From assembly GCA_028534125.1 (NCBI GenBank), contig CM052818.1, positions 17,114,001-17,178,000 on the forward strand: DNA of 64,000 nucleotides, in the 5' to 3' direction. Positions 54,055-64,000 of this stretch are shown here, piece after piece; the first letter of the stretch is position 1, and each line of letters starts with the position of its first letter. Below the pieces are notes generated by a model, which saw only the letters and a list, made by a program, of their open reading frames with translations, was not told the DNA's origin and made no database searches. Source of the DNA: Lama glama. Taxonomy: Eukaryota. The position numbers and the translations under genes were made by a program.

Positions 54055-55080
54055 ATGAGCAATATGAAGAAGCAGAGGAACCACTCCCAATGAAAAGATT
54101 AAGAGAAATCCGCTGAAAGCACGATCAAGGAAATAAGACATTGATGGCCTACTGGATCAAGATTTCAAAAAAGGAGTGATCAAAGTACTGAAGGAACTAA
54201 AAGAAATAGTGTTTAGAGATACAAAATATGTCAAAAATGAAGTAGAAGCTATAAAGAAGAGCCAAGTAGAATTGGTAAACTCATTTGCTGAGATGAGAGC
54301 TGACCTAAAGGCTGTACAAAGCAGGCTAGATAATGCAGAGGAATGAATAAGTGACCTAGAAGACAGGACAACAGAAAGCACCCAATCAGAAAAGCTGAGA
54401 GAAAAACAAACAAAAAACAATGAAAACAATATAAGGGACCTGTGGGATAATATAAAGCACCAATCTACGCATCATAGGGTTTCCAGAAGGGGAAGAAAGA
54501 ACAAAGGGGATTTGAAAAGGTATTTGAAGAAATCATGACTGAAAACTTTCCAAACCTAAAGAAGGAATCAGATATCCAAGTACAGGAGGCTCAGAGGGTC
54601 CCAAACAGGAAGAACCCAAACAGATCCACACCAAAACATATCATAATCAAGATGGCCAGAGTCAAGAATAAAAAAGGATCCTAAAGGCAGCAAGAGGAAA
54701 ACAAGGGAACCCTCACAAGGCTCTCATCTGATTTCTCCACACGAACACTACAGGCCAGAAGGGAGTGGCAAGATATATTCAAAGTCCTGAATAAAAAAAA
54801 GATGCAGCCTAGGATANNNNNNNNNNNNNNNNNNNNNNNNNNNNNNNNNNNNNNNNNNNNNNNNNNNNNNNNNNNNNNNNNNNNNNNNNNNNNNNNNNNN
54901 NNNNNNNNNNNNNNNNTATTCAAAGTCCTGAATAAAAAAAAGATGCAGCCTAGGATACTCTATCCAGCAAGGCTAACCTTTGGAACAGAAGGAGAGATAA
55001 AGAACTTCACAGACAAGCGAAAACTAAGAGTTTAGCAACACTAAACCCATGCTAAAAGAAATATTGACAGGTCTAGTCTA
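54055..55080 (+). pseudogene. L1 ORF1 remnant (stops and frameshifts, interrupted by an N gap)
   Basis: Early in-frame stop (ATGAGCAATATGAAG...TCCCAATGA). ORF1 C-terminal motif QPRILYPARLTF..EGEIKNFTDK present at 54940-55030. Confidence 0.8.
54817..54916. other. Assembly gap, exactly 100 N, inside the L1
   Basis: Run of N flanked on both sides by the same 41-mer. Confidence 0.99.
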
Positions 55081-55494
55081 AATAGAAAAGAAGCAGGATG
55101 CTACAAAAATGACAAACTCGTAACTGGAAAGGTGATAACTACCATGAATTCCAAATAGAATAAACACAAAATTGTAAAAGAAAACATCTAAATCATTAAG
55201 AGTGGGAGAGGGAAGCAAGAAAATACAGAGTTTTTTTCTTTCTTTTTATTTTAAATTTTTTGTTCTCGGTAGGATGGGTTTGAGATTACATTACTATCTG
55301 TTTAGTACAAACAGTTAAACTAATAGGTTAATAGACTTACAAAAAAAAAGGGTAACCACAAGCCAAAAACTTACAAGTGTGTCACAAAAACTAAATAAAA
55401 TCCAAGACAATACAAAGGAAAATTACCAAACCACAAAAGGAAGAAGAAAGGAACAAAGAGGAGATACCAAATCAACTGCAAAAACAAGTTCAAA

Positions 55495-58400
55495 ATGGCA
55501 ATAAACACTCATCTATCATTAATTACTGTAAACGTTAATGGACTAAATGCTCCAGTCAAAAGATGTAGAGTGGCAGACTGGATAATAAAGCAAGAAGCTT
55601 CAATATGCTGCATACAAGAGACCCACTTTAGGGAGAAGGACATATATAGATTGAGAATGAAAGGATGGAAAAAGATATTCCATGCAAATGGAAAAGCCAA
55701 AAAAGCAGGTGTAGTAGTGGTGATTTCAGACAAAATAGACTTTAAAACAAGGGCCATAAAGAAAGATAAAGGACATTTTATAATGATTAAAGGAGTAATA
55801 CAAGATGAGGATATTACACTCGTTAATATATATGCACCCAACATAGGAGCACCTAAGTACATAAAACAATTACTAACAGAGATAAAGGTGGAAATTGATG
55901 GGAATACAAACATTGTCGGAGATTTTAACACCGCATTAACATCACTAGACAGATCTTTCAGACAGAAAATAAATAAGGCAACAGAGAAATTAAATAATAC
56001 AATAGAAAAATTAGATTTGGTGGATATTTTCAGAGCATTACACCCCCTCCCCCAAATTGGATATACATTCTTTTCAAGTGCACATGAAACATTTTCTAGG
56101 ATTGATCATGTACTTGGGCACAAAAGAAGCCTCAACAATTTTAAGAAGATAGAAAATATCTCAAGAATCTTTACTGACCACGATGCCATGAAACTAGAAA
56201 TCAACTACAGAGAAACAAAGGAGAAAAAAAGGAAAACATGGAGATTAAACAACATGCTTGTTGTTTAAAAAACCAATAGGTCAATGAGGAAATCAAAGTT
56301 GAAATTAAAAAATACCTTGAGACAAATGAAAATGAAACCACAACCACACAAAACTTATGGGACGCAGCAAAGGCCGTTCTAAGAGGGAAGTTTATAGCAA
56401 TACAGGCCTTCCTCAAAAAAGAAGAACAATCTCAAATAAACAATGTAACCCATCAGCTAAAAGAACTAGAAAAAGAAGAGCAAAAACACCCAAAAGTCAG
56501 CAGAAGGAAGGAAATAATAAAGATCAGAGAGGAAATAAATAAAATGAGATTAAAAAAACAATAGAAAAAATCAATCAAACCAATAGCTGGTTTTTTGAAA
56601 GAGTAAATAAAATCAACAAACCTCTGGCCAAATTCACAAAGAAGAAAAAAGAGATAGCATTAATAAGCAAAATAAGAAAGGAAAATGGAGAAATTACAAC
56701 AGATAACACAGAAATACAAACTATCATATGAGAATATTATGAAAACCTATATGGAACCAAAATGGATAACCTAGAGGAGAAGGACAAGTTTCTGGAAACA
56801 TACAGTCCACCAAGACTGAATCAAAAAGAAACTGACCACTTTAACAAACCGATCACTAGAAATGAAATTGAAATAGCAATAAAAAACCTCCCTACAAATA
56901 AAAGTCCAGGACCAGACAGCTTTACTGGGGAATTCTACCAAACATACAAAGAAGAACTCATACCAGGACTTCTCAAACTCTTCCAAAAGATTGAAAAAGA
57001 GGGAATACTCCCAAACTCATTCTATGAAGCCACCATCACCCTGATACCAAAACCAGGCAAAGGCACCACCAAAAAAGAGAATTACAGACCAATATCGCTG
57101 ATGAACATAGATGCAAAAATCCTTACCAAAATACTAGTAAATAGAATCCAACAGCACATAAAAAAGATTATACATCATGATCAAGTGGGGTTCATCCCAG
57201 GGACACAAGGATGGTTCAACATACGCAGATCAATCAATGTAATGTATCACATCAACAAGAGAAAGTACAAAAACCACATGATCATCTCAATAGATGCAGA
57301 AAAAGCTTCTGCTAAAATTCAACACCCATATATGGTACAAACTCTTGCCAAAGTGGGTATTGAGGGAACATATCTCAACATAATAAAAGCTATATGTGAC
57401 AAACCCACAGCCAGCGTAGTACTCAATGGTGAAAAACTCAAAAGCTTCCCACTAAAATCTGGGACAAGACAAGCCTGCCCACTATCACCACTCCTATTCA
57501 ACATAGTCTTGGAAGTCCTAGCCACAGCAATCAGGCAAGAGAGAGAAATAAAAGGGATCCAAATTGGAAAAGAAGAGGTAAAAGTGTCACTATATGCAGA
57601 TTGCATGATACTATATATAGAAAACCCTAAAAGGTCCACACAAAAACTACTAGAAATAATCAAAAAATCCAGCAAGGTAGCAGGTTACAAGATTAACATT
57701 CAAAAATCAGTTGCATTTCTTTATATTAATGATGAATCAACAGAAAGAGAAAGTAAAGAGACAATCCCCTTTAAAATAGCACCCAAAGTGATAAAATACG
57801 TAGGAATAAATCTAACCAAGGAGGTGAAAGACTTATACACAGAAAACTATAAAACACTGATTAAGGAAATTAAAGAAGACGTAAAAAAATGGAAAGCTAT
57901 CCCATGCTCTTGGATTGGAAGAATAAATATTGTTAAAATGGTCATACTGCCCAAGGCAATCTACAGATTTAATGCAATCCCTATCAAATTACCTAGGACA
58001 TATTTCACAGAACTAGAACAAATTATAATAAAAGTTATATGGAACCACAAAAGGCCTAGAATTGCCAAAGCATTGCTGAAGAAAAAGAAAGAGGCTGGAC
58101 GAATAACTCTTCCAGACTTCAGACAATACTACAGAGCTACAGTAACCAAGACAGCATGGTATTGGTACAAAAACAGACATATAGACCAATGGAACAGAAT
58201 AGAGAGCCCACAAACTTTTGGTCAACTAATCTTTGACAAAGGAGGCAAGAATATACAATCGAATAAAGAGTCTCTTCAGCAAATGGTGCTGGGAAAACTG
58301 AACAGCAGCATGTAAAACAATGAAGCTAGAACACTCCCTTACACCATACAGAAAAATAAACTCAAAATGGATCAAAGACTTAAACATAAGACAAGATACA

Positions 58401-59294
58401 ATTAACCTCCTAGAAGAAAATATAGGCAAAACATTATCTGACATACATCTCAAAAATGTTCTCCTAGAACAGTCTACCCAAGCAATAGAAATAAAAGCAA
58501 GAATAAACAAATGGGACCTAATGAAACTTACAAGCTTCTGCACAGCAAAGGAAACCATAAGTAAAACAAGAAGACAACCTACGGAATGGGAGAAAATTTT
58601 TGCAAATGAAACCGACAAAGGCTTGATCTCCAGAATATATAAGCAGTTCATATGACTCAATAAGAAAAAAATAAACAACCCAATCCGAAAATGGGTAGAA
58701 GACCTTAACAAGCAATTCTCCAGGGAAGACATACAAATGATCAATAGGTACATGAAAAAATACTCAATATCACTAATCATCAGAGAAATGCAAATCAAAA
58801 CTATGATGAGGTATCACCTCACACCAGTCAGAATGGCCAGCATTCAAAAATCCACAAATGACAAATGCTGGAGAGGCTGTGGAGAAAAGACAACCCTACA
58901 CTGCTGGTGGGAATGCAGTTTGGTGCAGCCACTGAGGAAAACAGTATGGAGATTCCTCAAAAGACTAGGAATAGACTTACCATTGGACCCAGGAATCCCA
59001 CTCCTGGGCATATAACCAGAAGGGACCCTACTTCAAAAAGACACCTGCACCCCAATGTTCATAGCAGCACTATTTACAATAGCCAAGACATGGAAACAGC
59101 CTAAATGTCCATCAATAGATGACTGGATAAAGAAGTGGTATATTTATATGATGGAACACTATTCAGCCATAAAAACCGACGACATAAGGCCATTTGCAGC
59201 AACATGGATGTTCCTGGAGAATGTCATTCTAAGTGAAGTAAGCCAGAAAGAAAAAGAAAAATACCATATGAGATCACTCATATGTGGAATCTAA
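55495..59294 (+). pseudogene. L1 ORF2 remnant (APE endonuclease, reverse transcriptase, Cys-rich domain) broken into several ORFs
   Basis: 55495-56268 has NVNGLN, QETH, VGDFNT and SRIDH EN motifs. 56762-58315 has RT motifs [23 protein letters not shown] and YADC. 58737-59015 has CWRGCGE...HCWWEC. Confidence 0.93.
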
Positions 59295-61531
59295 AAAACA
59301 AAAACAAAAACAAAAAACAAAAATACAAAACAGAAACAGACTCATAGACATAGAATACAAACTTGTGGTTGCCAGGGGGATGGGGGATGGGAAGGCACTG
59401 GGATTTCAAAATGCAGAATAGATAAACAAGATTGTAATGTGTAGCACAGGGAAATATATACAGGACCTTGTGGTGGCTCACAGCGAAAGAGAATGTGACA
59501 ATGAATGTATGTATGTTCATGTATAACTGAAAAATTGTGCTCTACACTGGAATTTGACACAACACTGTAAAATGACTATAACTCAATAAAAAATGTTTAT
59601 GTATAAAATAATTAAAAAATAAATAAAATAATAAATAAATAAATAAATACATGCTGTTTTCAGTTCATGGTTTTAGATTTTATCATGGATAAAGCCTCTC
59701 ATATTCAGAATCATGAAACACTGAGCATTTATTAAAAATCAGCCTTGAGGGTTTCCTAGGTTTCTAATGGTCCCCTCAACCACCAAAAAGAATCCCAAAC
59801 TATGTCCAAGCACCCTCACTGTGATTTTTTAATGTACAATAAGCAAACACTGACCTCTCAGGAGACAACGCCCTAACTGTCCAGGGACACAGCACCCACT
59901 GCTTGCACTGCTTTTCTGTTCCCTCACTGACGGTCTGTGAGTGTCACTACTTCAACCAACCAGGAACTGCTTCCTTTCCAGCCATTTCAGTCACCCACTC
60001 AGTATCCCTGGTTCCCCAGTGACGTTCATTCACTCCTACTGAGGTCTCTCCCTACAGGAACAGGACCCCATTTCACTTCAGTTTTGGTGGCTAGCAGGGC
60101 CAGCACACTTAGTGTCACCATCTCTCCTTTTCCTTGACAACTACCACCGGAGCCCGCTGTGCAAAACAGGGGCACCCCCGCAACAGGGACAGAAAATGCA
60201 CTCCATTCACTTCAGTCAGAGAGAAGAAAGAGGTTTAGCCTGTTAAACAGCATTTCCTTTGAATCTCATTTTACTTTCTGAGCTAAACTATTAGATTTGT
60301 GGGCATAAACAGGTTCTCTTTGAAGCCAACAAGAAGCCCCACTCAGAGAGAAGGGAGACAGCCACCAGCACACATTCTGTGTGTTGGACAAATACAGCAT
60401 CAGGATTGCAAATATATTCTGCAGTTACAGAAAGTGAAACACCTTTCTTTCTTCCTTCACTTTAGACAAAACATTTTTCTCTAGAAAGAATTCTGTTGGA
60501 TTTTCTCCTTCCAGTCCCCTAACTCTCCTGTGTTTTTATCTTTTAAATCAAAGGGAAAGATCGCATTAATATAAATGAACAGCTCTTGGGAAGCAAAAAA
60601 TGTGACCACAGTGATTCCTGCGGGGCTTTGAAATGCATCAGGACAGAGCAGAAGGACCAAAGGAGGGGGCGTGTGTCAGAACTGGGGTGACGTTTTGCTC
60701 TGCTGAAGCAGTCGTTTTGACCCTGGGCAAGCCAGTCAAGGCTCAGATTTCCTGCATGCACAAGAAAATACTAGTAATGTCTTGTCTGGTGTGTGCTGTC
60801 GTGTTAAATGAGATGGGATATGCGGATATGCTTTTAGTGAATCGCGAAGACCATTCAGATAGAAACGGCTCTTATTATCGCCACTTATTGACATGTTTTC
60901 TAAGCATTTTGTCTTTCTCACTTGAGAAATCAAGTATCAGTAAGGAAGGAAAAAGTCTGTTAAGGTTTTCTTAGCAGTTGGTGAAAGAACATTCCCACTG
61001 GTGTTTGTGGGGCTTGTGAAGGAATCACCTTTGGACACACGGGTTATTAGCCAGACTCAGATCCCTGTTAGTTGGAGAATCTGTAAGTATCTAGGAAATC
61101 TCACCAAGAAAGGAAACCAGTGAAGTTCTATAGGAAATTCATTAGGTATCTGGTTACCTTGACTTTAAATCGACTGAAAACTGTTGGGACTAAACAAACT
61201 TGCAAATGCCTACTTTTCTTTATAATATCAAGACTAAGAATATGTTTTTCTCACTCTTTAAATTTTAATCATGCATGCATTCTTAGGTGCTGCATGTTCT
61301 GAGCTGCTATTAAAAATATATGTTTCTCCCACATTAAAGGGGGAACAGAGGTTTGTGTGTTGTATTATTAATTACAAGCTGGAAATGAAATTCTGGTCAG
61401 TCTTTGCAGAAGGTGCGTGCACGTGTGCGTGCGTGCACGTGTGCACACAACCCCACAAAGTAACGGATGTGTCACATGAGCGGAGAAGACCACGTGGGCT
61501 CCTGCCTGCTACTCTGACTTCGTGCACTTAC

Positions 61532-61722
61532 TCTTGAGGTCCAAGTTCCTGGCTCCCGCGGTGATTTGCGTGGTGATTTTCGTGTCAATCTTTACGGTGT
61601 GGAGGTTGCTGGTGTCCCTGGAGATCATCACGTTGTGCCACTGATTGTCATTGAGAGGTTTGTTTGAGCTCCCTTTGATGAGGTTAGCACCATTTCCCAA
61701 ATCAAACACATAATGTAAGTAC
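61532..61722 (-). CDS. NRXN1: NRXN1-alpha coding exon ('exon 15', 191 nt): LNS5
   Basis: Acceptor ttttcccag|GTACTTAC, donor CTCAAGA|gtaagt. Translates [63 protein letters not shown](S). Phase 2/1. Confidence 0.97.
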
Positions 61723-62929
61723 CTGGGAAAAAAGCAAAGGTGGGAAAGTGCCATCAATTTTTGAATTTTTGATGGAGTCCAGCTAGATGTTAACACTGAG
61801 ATCTTTTGTTCAGGCAGTTGCCCCCTCACTAGAAGTCAGGAGGGTGAGTCTTGTAGAAGCTCAATTAACAAGAGGGTAAGAGGTGCCGCTCTGTTTCAGC
61901 AAGGAGGATTATTCATTGTCTTCAATACAGGGAAGAGTGATAAACATTGTTAAAATTGTGGTCTGCATTCCACTACATGACTTTGGAAGGTACGTATCTT
62001 TCACTACCCATTCTCCATTTCCACCACTCTCTCCATCCTTTGCCAACCACAATGAACTGGCAATTCTCAGCTTCGTGCACCTGCTTCCATCCATCCCGAA
62101 TGCCTGTTTCGATAAGGGAAATGAGCAGTGGGCCTTCAGACTCAGCTCAGGCACCCACTCCCTGACGCCTGTGTTTTCCCAGCTTCCCTGAAGACGCTCC
62201 TGAACCTTTGCACAAGACCATTCTAGGAAACTTTGTAGTGCTTTTCTGCTAAATTTACATGTTCACCTGTATCCCCTCAGGTTGTGTGCGTCTGTGTGGC
62301 TCAGGGTTGGTGGAATCTGAGATGTGCACAGGAGTGGCAAGGAAGGTATATATATGTATGTAATTAGTGTTTGGCGCATTATCTAGTTGATTATAAATGT
62401 ACAATGACATTCGCCAATTGAATGAATAAATATCTAAATCAATGAAAATATATCAAATTTTCAATGAAATGTCATTAAAAAATCTTTATTTCTAAATTCT
62501 TTAAGAAACTCTGGCATAGAATTAAGCTTCAGCTAAATGGGATTTTGTGGAATTGAAGTAAACTGGTTTCATGAATTAGCTATTTAACTTAACACCAAAT
62601 TAGCCTACAAATGTGTAGAAATTCTTTTGTAGAGTTACTGTGTGCACAATACAGAAATCCACATTTGAAGAGTAAGACTAGAATAGAATAGAATACCTAC
62701 AATAAATTGGAACTGGGCATTATTTGTACCTTGTATATGGAAATGTAGGTAGAAAAAAACTGTGCTGAATCCCTATTAACTTTGTAAGATACCTAAGAAG
62801 TGATGTAAACAAAAGCATTCTTTGCAAACCACTCCCCTCCACCTTCTTCAGTTTAATGTGTAATTTTGTAAACTTATGTTCATTTTCCCAAAGTTTTCTT
62901 TGTTTGTCATTGAATGGACCTATACTCAC

Positions 62930-63311
62930 CCTTTAACTAATTCAACCACAATAAAGTCATTTCCATCCCCACTGTTATATAGAATTAGTCCATCTAGGGA
63001 TGTTGTCTTGAACTGGAAAAAAAGATGCATAGAAGTGTAGGCTTGCAACGTAGCTAAGGCAACATAGCTCGATTTGGTCTTGAAGGTGACAGGGTCTGCT
63101 ATGATGTTCCTGAAGCCAAACCTGGCATTGAGCTCACAATAATCTATGTCGCCATTTTTACACAAGTCGATGTACGCCATCCCATTAAACGTCAGGCTCT
63201 GCAGGTGGCCAATGAAATTGGAGGGAACAGAAGACAGATACCGCCGTTCTGTGATGATGCCAGTCTCTATGTTATGAAACTCCAGCCTCGTATGATCCCC
63301 TGCCATTTGCC
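62930..63311 (-). CDS. NRXN1: NRXN1-alpha coding exon ('exon 14', 382 nt): end of LNS4 / start of LNS5
   Basis: Acceptor ttccctttcag|GGCAAATG, donor GTTAAAGG|gtgagt. Translates (G)[17 protein letters not shown]...[13 protein letters not shown]. Phase 1/2. Confidence 0.97.
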
Positions 63312-63589
63312 CTGAAAGGGAAGATAACGTATTATTATTTTCTGCATCTGAAAGGCACTTTAAGCTTTAGGCTTCCATAACTGTATCTCACATTTTAAAA
63401 TGCAAGGATCCACATACCTCCTTGATATTCAGCTATATATACAGTAAAAACAGAGAAATGACCTTACAGGGTGAAGCTGAATTAAATAACAAAACTTTCT
63501 TAGGTCAAGTTTTAATCTCTGTCCAAATTTTAGCCTTAACAAAAATGATCTTCATTAACTAAAGCTGAAGAATTTTTTTAAAGGTGTAA

Positions 63590-63710
63590 GAAAGAATAAA
63601 AGAAGGAAGAAATGAAGGAAGGAAGGGAGGAAAAAAAAGTAGGAAGGAGAAGGGGAGAGAAAGGAAAAGAAAGGAGGGGAGGAAGGAACGGAAGGAAGGG
63701 AGAAGGATTA
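63590..63710. repeat. Purine-rich (GGAA/GA) low-complexity tract
   Basis: Direct reading. Confidence 0.85.
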
Positions 63711-64000
63711 GGAGCAATGACTGTCCTAAATCATCCCAGTAGAAAGCCATACAGCACAGCTTCATGGGGATGTGATGTTTTGCTTTATAAAGAATGTGCT
63801 TCAAGAAAACAAAAAATAACTGCATATTTTCCTATTCCCATAGAAATAATGAAGAGCTGCGGACTATTCTCCTAATAATGAACCATGAAAATGTGTTTGA
63901 AATTAATTATGTACTTTTCATCTTCCCTTTTCTGTATGAATCATTCCCAGTCATTCCTAGAACCAGGGCTCTCCTGATCATGGTAGACTTTCTTTTGCTC

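Larger units (their letters stand above)
52715..59650 (+). mobile_element. Near-full-length LINE-1 (inactive; probably a chimera of two copies joined at or near the 100-N gap)
   Basis: Starts with G-rich sequence then CAAGATGGCGG. Has a GC/CpG-rich 5'UTR, a disrupted ORF1, ORF2 EN/RT/Cys fragments, a 3'UTR, AATAAA at ~59585 and an A-rich (TAAA)n tail. Confidence 0.95.

Noticed and set aside
52044..54141. Dense cluster of overlapping ORFs on both strands
   Set aside because: Expected from the stop-poor, GC-rich L1 5'UTR and its flank; no recognisable protein.
55509..58798. Hydrophobic minus-strand ORFs
   Set aside because: Typical antisense translations of A-rich L1 ORF2.
29360..59600. Real inversion mediated by the two oppositely oriented L1 3' ends
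   Set aside because: Relative to their adjacent exons both L1s are antisense, so they are co-oriented in the gene. A single inversion also cannot explain exons 14-15 preceding exon 10.
18291..63311. Two convergent neurexin genes or paralogs, or trans-splicing
   Set aside because: The exons do not overlap, are consecutive parts of one NRXN1 protein with compatible phases, and break at assembly gaps. Mis-assembly is simpler.
1..64000. CRISPR arrays, operons or other prokaryote-type systems
   Set aside because: This is intron-rich mammalian DNA with no regularly spaced repeat-spacer structure.

Overview
Mammalian genomic DNA, most likely a camelid, judged from a Vic-1-like tRNA-derived SINE. 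It covers part of the alpha-neurexin-1 (NRXN1) gene: six coding exons with canonical AG/GT ends (LNS3, EGF2, LNS4 with the 27-nt SS3 microexon, and LNS4/LNS5). The exons sit in long repeat-rich introns (L1, L2, MIR, ERV1-type solo LTR, Tigger/hAT fossils, microsatellites). The main anomaly is exon order. Exon '9' is on +, while exons '10-12' and '14-15' are on -, and '14-15' lie upstream of '10-12'. The breaks coincide with a 500-N gap and with a near-full-length L1 containing a 100-N gap. Target-site evidence suggests this L1 is a chimera of two copies. The best explanation is assembly mis-joining through repeats plus a scaffolding inversion. A real L1-mediated, in-frame tandem duplication of exons 10-15 is a testable but less likely alternative. 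I found no support for a novel gene system, RNA gene or CRISPR-like array. Exon numbers are my approximate labels, and repeat family names come from recall rather than a database search.
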